Of a DNA stretch of 64,000 nt, positions 29,701-43,681 are shown one piece after another. Each line of letters starts with the position of its first letter. Position 1 is the stretch's first letter. The stretch covers positions 37,944,001-38,008,000 of the forward strand of contig OX597826.1 of assembly GCA_951406725.2 (NCBI GenBank). Direction: 5' to 3'. Source of the DNA: Octopus vulgaris (Eukaryota). The notes under the pieces were generated by a model. That model saw only the letters and a list, made by a program, of their open reading frames with translations, was not told the DNA's origin and ran no database searches. Both the position numbers and the translations under genes were made by a program.

Positions 29701-30849
29701 TCTCTTCTTTTTGCAAAGATAGAAATTAATTAAATTCCGTCCATGTCCAATTCTGACAAATACAGTATCCTACAGATTATAGAATCGATAGATCGATAAA
29801 ATTGCTTCATGCTGAGATTCAAATTATGTGACACTTCTCACTGACCCACTGTAATCATATGCACATTTTGGGTCAATATTATATGTAAATATATCCAATC
29901 GAATGATCAATAATTCTATCACATAGTATCGAAATTGTAATCATAGATCAGCTTCCAATACATACACATTCAATCAATCAATACGTAACATTTAATTCAA
30001 TGCAACCTCATGGATGGATGATCTTAGATTTTACACCTCAGCCAGATCTTGTAACATATGGCTGTTTAATGATATCTGCTATATTTGGAAATGATAACGA
30101 AATGAAATTTTGACGAATTCTTTAATATTACCATTACAAACTGACTGAGATTAGAAATTCATCATGCTTTAAAGAAACTGTATTGGGCGGGACATGCTCT
30201 CCGTTGTATAGTATCTTTGCTTTAAAAACAAACTTCTGATAATTTTTACAATATAAGACTGAATATCCTGTCATTTCAAGTTAACAGTACAAGGATACAT
30301 TTGCTATAATTCAACTAAACCCTTACTCAATCACTTCAACTGGGGCGCATGTAAATATGGATGAGCCCAATATAGTAGATCCTATTATAGATGCGCAGTG
30401 ACTAAAGTTTGATTCAGCCTATTTACTTACAAAATATGATAGCATGCACTAACCTCTTCGCTAAAACGTTGTTATAATAAGGAGCCACGTTATCAATAAT
30501 CTCTCTACAAAAAGAGATGTTAGAAATACTTGTGGTAATATTATTGATTAGGTTTGCGATCGTTATGAGAATTTGGGTTTAGAAGTTTTAATATCTCATT
30601 AGATTAATTAGTGAAACTGTGCGCGTCATTATTTAAGTTACATATATATATATATATGCCAAAAACAGCTTAAGTTGATAACATTTTTAGCTGAGATAAG
30701 AATGAAATGTAGACAAAAGAAATGATCGTATTTGATTGTTGTTGAAAGTGGAAAATCAGTTCCCCAGACACAAGATATCTGCATCAACAGTCTCTTAATC
30801 TCCCCCCCCTGTTCGTTCAACAGAATTAATACTACACATGCCTAAGCCT

Positions 30850-31345
30850 ATATGAAAATATATCATACGAAGGGGCTGTGGATAAAGATGGAGTGACCCA
30901 AAAATATCATACTAGACTAAGAAAAATATGGCAGCCGGAATTCTCTTCTTACAACAAAGTAACATCTCACAATGTATTTTCGGTATCAGTGCTGATTCCA
31001 ACATTTGAAACACTTGGCTGGTCTGTAGATGAAATCCACCCCATAGACATTAAATCCACAAGATCATGATATGAACTGGAAACTTCCACAGAAACGGTGA
31101 TATTCACAGGCTCTACCAAAGAAGAGATGAAGGAAGAAAAGGTCTGAGGTCAGTGCCGACAGCCTTCGAATGGCGTATTGCCTCTCTCATACGGCACTTA
31201 CTAAACAACAGCAAAAGCAAATACATAAACTTAGTGCTGAAATGCGAAGAGGCCAACATCCTAAATGTCGGCAGCGAGCTCTTCAGGAAGCACTTGTGAA
31301 CTCCCATGCAACCTCAAAAGAGCCGGACTAACATAACTCAAAGAA
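30850..31345 (+). mobile_element. Decayed R4/Dong-like non-LTR retrotransposon fragment (post-RT region)
   Basis: Reads KYHTRLRKIWQPEFSSYNKVTSHNVFSVSVLIPTFETLGWSVDEIHPIDIK...TGNFHRNGDIHRLYQRRDEGRKGLRSV, matching the 'NK..A.N..A.P.L.Y.FG...W...E...ID.KTRK...RLY..R..GGRGL' motif. Its end resembles 16500-16640. Confidence 0.8.
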
Positions 31346-33327
31346 AACCTGGATGTGTAACGCTCAGCATAATGTGTGTTTCGCGAAAAGTTGAAGAAAA
31401 TAATAATATTGACAAGGAGTGAAACCTCCCTTGGTCATCATTATTATCTTTTTGCTACTGCTGTTACCATTTCCTGCCTATACCAAATACACCACCACCT
31501 CCACAATTTTTTAAAGCAACTTTGCGTATTCTTTCTCTATTTTTCAAATCAACTCAACAACAGAGTGGTTCCAAAATTGGTTAAACCAGTTGGTAACTCA
31601 TAGCTTGGCCCGTTCCACTGTCATAGAATGGTGATTCTAATAACGGTTAAAACAGTCAGTAATTCAAGATTCTGAGTATTCCACTGTTACAGAATGGGAA
31701 TTCCACTGAAGAACACACCGCTTAACTTTGGCAGCTCAGCTAAGATCAAACAGTTTTACTGAGTCGATTAAAACATTTCCACCAATTCCATCTGAACTCC
31801 GAATATTTTTTTTACATATTTGCTGCCGGTTCCATCTTTCTATCTTACCATTGTAACGCAAGGTAGTAGCATTGGTTGGAGACTTTCCTCAATGAACATT
31901 CATTAGGTCGGTGTATCATTTGAAGTGAAATAGTGTCTTAATAGTTTCTGCTAGACACTTCACTATCCAATTAAATCATCAAAACTGTCCAGTGAAGCGG
32001 TCACTGAAGCGACCACAGCAATTAATCAAATGCAAAGTTGATAGATCGGAAAATCTACATTGGCAGACTGAAACAAACTTTTTGTTTTGTTTTGTTTTGT
32101 GTTTTTTTTTGTTTTAATCATGCTTTTGTGAACTATAGCGTCGTTAGTTTGACGCTCTAATCACTGGTTCACTGCATTCAAAAGTTAATTTTACAGATCA
32201 ACCTTCTTTATATAGCGTTTGATTTTGTTGAACAAATACTCCGTGCACATCAAACTGTCCGTTAATAATGCATCGTTGCTAATTATGTTATGTATTTCGA
32301 ATTATAATATCAGAAAACAGCAGACAGATATGATAAGATGTTCAATCGTTGTTTAAATGCGCTGTGGCTATCAAAGAGAACCGTGCTCCACAAATGACTG
32401 GCCATGTATCGAGGTCAATGCTTAGAGTCATTTGCTGTCTATTTTATTTATTGTTGAACAAATTAACTACACAACACACAGAACTCATACAAATATGACA
32501 GTGACTTTCCTTTCTGGTTGGAAAAGCTATGGATTCCAACTGTGAACTTCACCATAATAGCATTGTGGCTAACTTACAATATTACACAGGTATAAGGAAA
32601 TGAGAAGGCAGAATCACCTGAGCGTTGGGGGGAAATGTTTTGCAATACTTTTTCCTGGTTTCCTTTTTTAAAGTTCTGAGTTCAAATCCCGCCAATATCA
32701 ACTTTGTTTTTCATTCTTCTGGGCACTCGATAAATAAAGAACCACTCAAGAACCACTGAGAAACGGTAGTAAGGTCTAAAAACCTTCCCTTATAACTGCT
32801 GACCATTTTTGATGTTGCTGTTGCTGTTGTGTAGCCCTAGGTCAACCACGCAGGCCTGAGACTAAAGAAAAGAACCATGTCTAATACATGAACAATCCTA
32901 CGTCTTGTAACCAATATAACCGTCGATGGTTAATCAATCACTCTATCATTAGTGTACCCTGTCCAGTCTGCAATTTACCGACTGATAAACCCAAGTTTAA
33001 CTAAACAGGCCTACAACTGGCGATGGGAAGTTGAGACTTTCATTCAGCAATGAATCATAAATAGCTGAATTGGAATAAGATTAATATAAACGGAGGAGAG
33101 GACATGTTATAGAACCTCGTAACAGTCATTTCTAATAGGAGAATTATGTGGATCTCAGTCACTTGCAACGATTAGTATTCCAATTATTTGATCAACTTTG
33201 TGTGTGTCTGTGTATGTGTGCGTGTGCGTGTATGTGGCTGAATATTCCACAAACACTTTTGTCCTCAACACTTTGTTTCACAAAACTAGTTATTTGAATG
33301 AAAGGTGGAATCCACACGAAAAGTTTC

Positions 33328-33420
33328 AGGGATACTTGTCCGAGATGCCACGCAGTAGAATTGAACCCAAAACCTCGTCTTTGCGAACCTATCTTCTTAA
33401 CCACTTCACAGTATCTGCAC
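33328..33420 (-). mobile_element. SINE family B head fragment
   Basis: GATACTTGTCCGAGATGCCACGCAGTAGAATTGAACCC is the reverse complement of the family B B-box and body. Confidence 0.65.
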
Positions 33421-33804
33421 TCCAAATAGCAACCAAATTTTCTTTCAACGATACATATTATCATAATTCATGTCCTCATCACCGTCATCATCATCATCGT
33501 CATATTCATCATCATCGTCGTCATCATCACCATGGTCGTCGTTATTGTCGTCGTCGTCGTCGTCATCATCATCATCATCATCACCATCATCACCGCTGTC
33601 ATTATCCTGTTATCACAAGAGATTTCCCCCCACCCCACGCTTCCTACCACCTCACCCGCCTGGAAATACAAATTTAAAAATGTAATTTATTCTACATACT
33701 TTTCTGAATCTACCGTGTAAATAATATATGTGTGTCAGCGTATGTGCGTGCTTGTGTGTGTGTGTGTCTGTGAGTATGAGTACGTGTGCATGACTGTATA
33801 TGTG

Positions 33805-33866
<62 letters not shown>

Positions 33867-34634
33867 TCTGTGTGTGTGAGTCTCTGTGTGTGCGTGTGCA
33901 TGACTGTATATATGTATATATATGTGTGGGGGGGTGCATGTGTGTGTATGTGATATATATATGTCTGTCTGTCTGTATGTATGTATGTATGTATTTATGT
34001 ATGTATATATGTATGTATATTGTACCTAGATAAAGAGATAGATACAGATATATATATATATAGAGAGAGAGAGAGAAAGTCTTATGCATATAAATAAATA
34101 TATATATACATATATATATATATGTGTGTGTATATACACACACAAACATTTATATATATATACACACAAACATATATTATATATACATACATATATATAC
34201 ATGTATATACATTTATATATATACACACATATATATATATTCATGTGTATATACATACACAGAAACATATATCTGTATGTGTGTGTGTGTGTGTGTGCGC
34301 GCACGCGCCTATATCTATATGTTTTATATATATATGTATGTACTGGAAGCGTTTCCTACTGAGAAATCAGTCGATTGTTTGGTCTTGTGGAATATTTCAA
34401 TAGACGAGGAAGAAAATAAAATTTTCAAAAATGTAGTTTTGTGTCGAACTAGAAAACTTGTTCAACTTAAATAAATTGTCTCCGCAGTTGCTTTAAACTA
34501 AATCACTTTTGTTTCTTGTTTAAGGGGCAAAAAAATATCAACAACGCCATTTTCAATTATTGTTTAATCTCGGTTGGAATATGTCTGCGATCATTTTTAC
34601 TCGACTTTAATCTCCCCACTCGTCAGAAGAAATG

Positions 34635-34684
<50 letters not shown>

Positions 34685-34697
34685 ATGAGCGTTGTTC

Positions 34698-34728
<31 letters not shown>

Positions 34729-34846
34729 TCTAGCGAGTTATTGAGTATGTAAAGTACTTGCCTGTATATAAAACTATATATTTATGTATATCAATATGAA
34801 TATATATACACACACATACACACGCATATATAAATACTCATATATA

Positions 34847-34907
<61 letters not shown>

Positions 34908-35050
34908 TCACAAAGACTCACAATTATAGATAAATAGTCAAATAAATATGTATGTATATATATGTGTGTGTGTATGTATATATATATGCATGTGTGTATA
35001 TATATATATGAATGTATATATATGCATGTGTGTATGTATATCTGTATATA

Positions 35051-35091
<41 letters not shown>

Positions 35092-35151
35092 ACATAGATA
35101 CATACATACACACACACACATATATATAATATATATATATATATCTGTATA

Positions 35152-35240
<89 letters not shown>

Positions 35241-35596
35241 ATATATGTATATCTGTATATGTGTATGATTTCATATGCATCATATACTACGCACACGCCA
35301 TATACATTGCATACTAAATAATTCAGCAGGCATTCTGCTGCTGCTGCTTGTTTTGGTTGATCGCATCAGAATATTTGATTGTTATTAAAACAACTTGATT
35401 CAGTTCATCGATTTGTAGTTGCTACTGTTGTTGTTATTGTGGTTATATGTTTTTATCAGCATCATCATCATCATCATCAGCTTTAATATTATTATTATTA
35501 TTATTATTATTATCATCATCATCATCATTTGCTTCTAGCTTTACCTATTCTAATTGTCGTCGACATTTCGCTGTTTCACAAACACACGTGCACGCG

Positions 35597-35636
<40 letters not shown>

Positions 35637-35889
35637 TGACTGTGCCACACCAGAGGTTGAATATGCTATTCTGAGCCATGAGAGCAACCAAATTTCAACT
35701 ATTTGATCCTGTTTATTGGGAATACAATGAGCGTCACGTGGTCTGTCATTTTATACATCTGCCGCTTTGTCCTCCAAAAACTCCTGTTTTTAACTCTCCT
35801 GTCAAAAGGTACAACCACAAATACGTCTGACAAGGAATCACGTCCCAAATATTATGCAATAATTTGTATTTGGTCCTGTTTCAATATTA

Positions 35890-36072
35890 CTTTCAAATTT
35901 TGGCACAAGGCCAGCAATTTCGGGATAGCGAGTAAATCGGTTCTATCGGCCTCAGTATCCAAACTGTTCTTATTTCATCAAGACCCGGAAAGTGATGACA
36001 GTCAAATTCGACCTCGGCGGAATTCTGGGCTCAGAACTTGAAGCATTTCGCCCAGCGTGCTCACGATCCTGT
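35890..36072 (-). mobile_element. Degenerate SINE family A
   Basis: TTTCAAATTTTGGCACAAGGCCAGCAATTT...CAAATTCGACCTCGGCGGAATTCTGGGCTCAGAAC...GCATTTCGCCCAGCGTGC aligns with the 60777 copy. Confidence 0.75.
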
Positions 36073-36294
36073 CATCATAGTGTAGAATTCATATTATATG
36101 AATTCCACATTATATTGTAATCAGTAAGACTGGAACTTCCGGTCTAACTACCTCCCTTCCTGGCACCATTCTTGAAGAGTCGACAAAATAATCCTAGACA
36201 CACTCGTTCTGCCTTAATTTCTCAATTTATCGATCAGATGTGACAACCAAAATCACATGCTCGACTCCACTGAACCGCCCTCACAAGAATCTTG

Positions 36295-36303
36295 TTCCTC
36301 TCA

Positions 36304-36337
<34 letters not shown>

Positions 36338-36750
36338 TACATACACACACACACACACACATTCACACTCACACTATCACTTTCTATCACTCTCTCTCCC
36401 ACTCCCTCTCTCTCACACTCACATAGTCTCTCTCTCTCACTCTCTCTCTTACTCACACACTATCCCTCTCTCTCTCACACACACACATACACACACACTC
36501 TCACACACACACTCTCACACTCCCTGTTTCATTCACTCTTTCTCTCATTCACACACACACTCTCTCTCACTCTTTCTCTCTAACTCTCTCTCTCACTCAC
36601 TCTCTCAATCACACACATTCTCTTGCTCAGTCTCACTCTCACTCTCTCCCGCACACACTCACATACTCTCTCTCTCTCACTCACACACTATCCCTCTCTC
36701 TCAATCACACACTCTCTCGCGCTCACTCTCACTCTCTCTCAATCTCTCTC

Positions 36751-36809
<59 letters not shown>

Positions 36810-36810
36810 C
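36295..36810. repeat. Compound (CT)n/(CA)n/(TCTA)n low-complexity tract
   Basis: Direct inspection; the 206-aa ORF here is an artefact. Confidence 0.9.
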
Positions 36811-38518
36811 ACTTCACTTTCACCCATGTGTTTCAGTATTCTTGCCAAAGCAAGCAATAAATTCGAACTCACTACCCAGCAATTCCATGGTTTATACCAC
36901 ATAACTTCCTGGATGCTTCTCTGCAAAATAAATACCATTCATTGCCGAAAGTCATGACTGTTGATTGAAAAAATCGACCCCACCAAATTACTGGTAGTTA
37001 TTTTATTGACACCGTAGAGAGGGAAAAACCAAATGAAACCCAGTCAATGTTGAATTTAGAATATAAATCGATAAAATTAAATTCTATAGAACATTCTCTC
37101 CAGCACTTTACCATTCCTTCCTCCACCTCCAACACCTTGTTAAAAAGATTAAAACCATACCGAATATTTAATACATTTTTCTTCACCTTCATAGAAAAAC
37201 ACGGTTAAAGAAATTGGCAAAATAGAGCATATAAAGGATTGAGATTTGTGTCCGATATTTTTGGCCAATGCACAATAATAGTGAGAAACAAGTTATTTAT
37301 ATCCAACATAGATGTATAAAATAATCATTGATAGTTTAAAAGACTTCAGATTTATTGGTGTGTATGCTTGCAGGAAATTACAAATTTGCTTAGCAGTGCT
37401 AGCCTCATTAAAACTATCTGAAATCACTTTCTCTATCAGAAGAAATCTGCTATTTTACATGGTTGTAATGTTAAATCTATTTATATGCTCCGAGCTATCA
37501 ATTTATTTAAGAAAGCGATGGCGGTGGTGGTAGTGATGGTAGTGATGGTGGTGGCGGCAGTGGTAGTGATGGTGGTGGTGTTGGTGGTGGTGGTGATGGT
37601 GGTGGGGGAAGAATATTGAATTTATTCTCGTAGTGAAAGAAAATTAATTTTATTTATTTAATAAGGAATAAATTCTGGATCAATAAATCTCAGAGCTGCC
37701 ATTTAATTTGTCAATTGTAAGCTACATGATCAATATTGCAATATTTACAATGGCTGTCTAGTCTCTGATACAACCAACAATAGACGCTGTCTATGCTAAT
37801 CTAAACATTGTACCAAAGCTGAAATTTCATTTCTCTCTTTTACAGAGATCTTGTTTAAAAAGAACTGAAGACGAAGGTTACACAATGAATCAACATTTAA
37901 ACTACTCGAGTCTATACTTGTCCGTACAAGGAGCAAAACTTCAAACTAAAGACGTTAGATAAGAGCTGATATCTTCTTCGCGATACGAGAGATTGACGTG
38001 ACAGGGACTTAAATTATGCGTTCTATTTACTCAATGACATCGGTACTCAAATGAGTACAAACTCAATGAAGTATTTACTCTACGCTGTACTGCCATCATT
38101 CTTATTCGATTATCTCAGTCATTACACAACGACCAAGCTGGAGCCGCAATTTAAAAAAGTTTGTTTCATTATATCGTATGGGTTCCGTAGTGACTATGTG
38201 ATCATTTCATCCATTCCTGTGATACGAAATGACAAGTGAACATCTGCAGAATTTCAGGCAGACTAAATACGGCAAGGTATTTCTATGAATGTACCATCCC
38301 CAGCTGATGCACACATACATGCACACATATAAATATATGTATGTGAATTTGTGTGTGTTTGTGTGTGTGTGCGCGCGTGTGTGTGCGCGCGTGTGTGTGT
38401 ATGTATGTATGTATATATATATATATATATAAATTCACTACTACCATCTGCAACAAGTCACTTTCAGGACACTTGACCAGTTAACATCCTACTACTATCA
38501 AAATACTCCCGTATTATT

Positions 38519-38612
38519 TTCTTCTTCTTCTTCTTCTTCTTCTTCTTCTTCTTCTTCTTCTTCTTCTTCTTCTTCTTCTTCTTCTTCTTCTTCTTCTTCT
38601 TCTTCTTCTTCT
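38519..38612. repeat. (TTC)n microsatellite
   Basis: Direct inspection. Confidence 0.95.
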
Positions 38613-38789
38613 CTGCCAAGAATTCACAACGACCTTGAACCCACAAGAGTAACGAAGACAAACAAAGAAAGGCAGAAACAAGGGAAATGCCCCTTGTATT
38701 TGAATACTATGCAAATATTCTTTTAAAATACTTTTTATTTAATTTTTCCAAAATTTAATTGTTTTCCATACTTACAGTTGAAACAGTCC

Positions 38790-38950
38790 CCTTCTCATTT
38801 CTGATATTAGAGACGATGCCTCACTTCCATAGGTTAACACAGGGTAGATATAGCAGTACAATATATGGAGCTTAGTTTTTATGCTCAGGGTACGGTTCCT
38901 CAAGAAGTTATACAATTTTTGCGAGTGCAGATTTTTCCAGCACTGTTCGT
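38790..38950 (-). mobile_element. RTE-like LINE RT C-terminal fragment
   Basis: QKLYNFLRNRTLSIKTKLHILYCYIYPVLTYGSEASSL matches the 'LS..TK......I.PVL.YG.E.W' motif. Confidence 0.75.
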
Positions 38951-39223
38951 CTTTTGGCAAAGTATTAATATAAAGATAATAATAAACAAGATTAGTCGAT
39001 AGAACTGTTATAGTTTCAGACAAACCACGTTCAGAGTTCAAACTCTGCTGAGGTTACTCTTGGTTTTATCATAACGAAATCAATGAATTAAAGTACCAGT
39101 AATCTATGGGGAACCGACTATTTTCTCTTTTTCTGCCTTTCACACCATTTCAGTCTTTTTGGTTGTACACATCATTTCAGTCTTTCATTCTCTCTCCAAT
39201 TTTCTATTTCCACTCGATCTCTT

Positions 39224-39287
<64 letters not shown>

Positions 39288-40092
39288 CCTCTTTCTCTTT
39301 CTCTTTCTCCCTCTCTCTCTCTCTCAGATACACACACACTCACTCTCTCAGAAACAGCTGCGTGGCACTATGGAAAGAATGTGGAGGGCCAGTTACAAGT
39401 AATCCTTTTTTTTTTCCAAGACAAACACTTCCATTCTCTCGCAGAGGAAGAATATAGTCAGGATGGATTCTGGCAAAAGACTGGCAAACAATGACGAGAA
39501 GTAATAACCAGGAAATTTATAATTTATTTATGATTAAATATATTTAGAGAAGTTCCTTTCTCTCTGAGGAAACAGAAAATAAAGTACAAAAGGCATCTAA
39601 TGGATGATTCTGATAAGGTCTTTGAAAATTGGTTGTTGCAAACAATTATGGTTGAATCAATCATACTCTTAAATAAACGAAGAATTTGCATCTTCTGGCA
39701 TCAAACCTCGAAACTTTATTTCGTTTATTTCAATTAGGTTCGCTTAAAATATAGAATCACTGCTTCATTAAATTAGGATTGGTACACGCACGTACACGCA
39801 CGCACACACAAACATAAACATAAATATACATACGTACACATGCTCAAGTACACATTCACACGCGCACATGTACGTGGAACATGCGTATCGTATGTGTGTA
39901 TTTGAGTGAGTGGAGATGCATATATACATGCTTGTTCAATTATCGGTATCAATATATGCGTACTTATGTGTGTGGGTGTGCACGTATGAGAATATATGTA
40001 AATATACATAATATAAATAATATATATATATGCATATATACACACACATATGTACATATATACATATGTATGTATACAGGTATGCATATATA

Positions 40093-40700
40093 GGTACTGG
40101 ACGTCACAAAACGTAAACAACTTGAAATATGAAAATAACGTTGGGTCCACAAAAGCGAGAGAAACGAATAGAAAACAAGACAAGGAACATAAAAACGACC
40201 CTTCATCAGTAATCGGCTGTCCTTCTACTCCTTATTTCGAGCAATGAACGACAAGATAAGACTTTGAAAACAGTTGCTCCCACGAACCAAAATGAAATTT
40301 AGGACTTGCGGAGGGTCAAAGTTGGTAACAAAAACAGGGCACACAACAGACCAAACCCAGCCAATACAAACAGGGAGGGATGTTAGGCTCAGACGAAGTA
40401 AGGTAGCGAACGTTGGAAGAAGATTCTTTATTAAGAGAAAAGATAGGTGAGACAGATAGGAATGCGTCTGGACTGCACAACAGACTGAAGGAAAAGAAAG
40501 ATAATAACGTAAGGAAAGGAAAGATGGACGATGGTTACGTTTGCCCTCTCTATTTCCCTTTCGTTTTCTCTAATCCTTTCTCTAATTCTTTTTTCTCTCC
40601 TTCACCGTTTTCTATCTGTCTATCTGTCTCTCTCTCTCTCTCCATCTTCCTCCTTTATTCTCTCTCGTTGTTCACGTGACCATCGTCCATCTTTCCTAGT
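40093..40700 (-). mobile_element. Penelope-like non-coding fragment with internal inversion
   Basis: Shares its terminus (GGTACTGGAC vs GGTACAGGAC) and the GAAA..GGAGTAGA..CTGANGAAGGG block with 58710-58878. A 24-bp inverted repeat lies at 40517-40540 vs 40674-40697 (1 mismatch). Flanked by TA-rich repeats. Confidence 0.55.
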
Positions 40701-41144
40701 ACGTATTTATATGTATTTATGCTATCATTGTGCTAAGGATATGTGGATATAAACAGATAGATATTGATATAAATATATATATATATACATTCATACTTAT
40801 AAATAGATCCATATACATACACACACACATATATATATGTACATGCATATGTGTGTATATGTATGCATCTTTATATATATGTATGTGTCTATATACGTAT
40901 ATGCATATGTATGTTGTATATGTATTCATGCTATCATTGTGCTATGTTACCGTTATTGATGCCATTGTTAATTTCGCAATTTGTGTGGTAGAATTCTAGA
41001 GTATCAACGCATTATCCATTTCTTCTCATTTCTCTTATTTTGTTTCGTGTTGTATGATTAGAACATTGCAGTTACTCCATAATGTAAGCGCATGGTCCGA
41101 CATATAGACCAACTTGTGTGTGTGTTCGTGTGTGTGTTGTGTAT

Positions 41145-41175
<31 letters not shown>

Positions 41176-41522
41176 CGTGTGTGTGTGCGTGCCTGTGCGG
41201 GCGTGTGTGTACATTGTTTAGTTATGCCGGATCAGCGATGTCTAACTAAACTTTTTTTCTTTGACATGCTGGAGCTGTTCTCTTCGAAAGCATCGAAACT
41301 ATTTATACTTGTCTCAAGAAGCGGCCGCATACCATGGAAATTCCAGAGTAACTGGACGCTGGATTAGTTTAAATAAACTATGGTGCTCTATGATTGTATT
41401 GAGCACTCCTGGATCAGATATGTGAGACAGGTAGTGTGTGTGTCTGTGTCTGTGTCTGTGTCTGTGTCTGTGTGTGCTTTACAGAAATGGGAATATAATA
41501 GGCATGTGATGAATGCATACAC

Positions 41523-41572
<50 letters not shown>

Positions 41573-41675
41573 CACACAATCACACATATGTACATATATA
41601 CGTATGCGTGCATATTTATATAAACTTATATGCAGATGATTGTATGTACGTACGAGTGTGTATGCACGCGCAAGC

Positions 41676-41775
<100 letters not shown>

Positions 41776-42280
41776 CAAGAATCCTTACTGTTCGTGTCTT
41801 CCAAACATCCGACACGGAAGCACTGGGCAACAGACAGTCTATTGCAGAAAACCGTTTCCCAAGACAGAGGTATAGAGAATGGCACCACTTGGTTGGGAAG
41901 CGATGTCCCCAACCCACCCAACCGACAGGGCAACACACAGTGACTACGTGTGTATTCTTATTATTCACACATGTTTATATCAATGTTTGTTATTCAGTCC
42001 GTTTGTTATAGATATCCCATATGACACTTACATATCTGTCTGTAGAATGAGAATTTAATTCAAACTTGAATAATCAGATGAATAATTATTGGTCAAATCA
42101 GAATGGTAGGTTTTTGACAAGAATTCAATTTCGAACCCAAAATAGCATTTCAACTGAATTTATGTCATACAAGGAGATAAAATCCACCCATCCATGCCTA
42201 TACATATCGTCATACTTAGGCATAGATACACACACACACACACATATATATAAATATATACTCAATCATACAAAATCCCT

Positions 42281-42370
<90 letters not shown>

Positions 42371-42372
<2 letters not shown>

Positions 42373-42535
42373 GACGGCCTTCTTTGAGTTGCAGTCTAAC
42401 AAATCCACTCTAGAGGTTTTGGTCAGCTTCAGGCTGCAGTGGAATACATTTGCCCAGAGTGCCACGCAGTGGGATTGAACCTGGAACTATGTGATTGGGA
42501 AGGAAACATCTTACCACAAAGACATAACTGCGCCT
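42371..42535 (-). mobile_element. SINE family B, 5' half
   Basis: Reverse complement of the 58228-58390 head and body. Confidence 0.8.
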
Positions 42536-42552
42536 ATATATGTATATGTGTG

Positions 42553-42608
<56 letters not shown>

Positions 42609-42704
42609 TGTATGTGTTTATCAGCTAATCACTTTTGCCTCAGAGAAAGGGCTGACCCCTTAGATGAAGGGCTCCATCTCACAAACTTCGACTACTACTA
42701 TTAC

Positions 42705-42736
<32 letters not shown>

Positions 42737-43174
42737 TCGTACCATGTAGTGAGTGTTATCTCATCGGCTTTCTCTTTATTTCTAATTCAATTGTTCCACC
42801 ATCACCACCACCACCACCATCCCAGTTCTACGCCTAGCCTCACCCCCTCCCCACCCCACCCACCCCCCATTCCACCTCAACTCTATTTAGAATCAGGGTT
42901 TTCTAGGAAATTAATGTAAGCAAAGAGAAATTTTGGCAGCGGTTCTTCCATCAGACTGATTTTACTGTAAGTTAGGTTCGCTGCCAAATATTTAAATTAG
43001 AATTCAAAATTTACAAGAGAAATTTGAAACTCAGTTTATTCAGACACAAACATTTACACATAAACATTCTCTATCATTATCTGTGTATACGTATATATAT
43101 ATATGTGTGTGTGTGTGTATGTGTGTGTGTGTGTGCGCGCGTGTCTTAGCATAGCTTTATCATATATGCACATC

Positions 43175-43244
<70 letters not shown>

Positions 43245-43600
43245 TACATACATCTACATTTGTATATGTGAGTGTATATGTGTTTATCTTATGAATATTC
43301 TAAGCTAATTTTTGAGAAATGTTTTATCAAAATGTTCAGTTGTCGTCGTCGTCATCATCACCATCATCCCACCACCTCCACCTCCACCACCATCACCATA
43401 ACCATCATCATTGTCATCATCATCGACCACACCCACGACTACCCTCAGTGTTATCACTTTCACATTCACCCGCTTCTGGAATATACTGTGACTGAATAAA
43501 AGGAGGGGTGGTCACAAATGGGACATCATTGATTTTAAGGTTACTTCTTTGTATCAGTCCTGGAGCTCGACAACAGCAACGCTAACCACTGAACTTACAT

Positions 43601-43671
<71 letters not shown>

Positions 43672-43681
43672 TATATACTCT

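Noticed and set aside
37825-37965. Strong acceptor TTTCTCTCTTTTACAG followed by a 38-codon open frame
   Set aside because: No recognisable homology or good donor; cannot be supported without RNA data.
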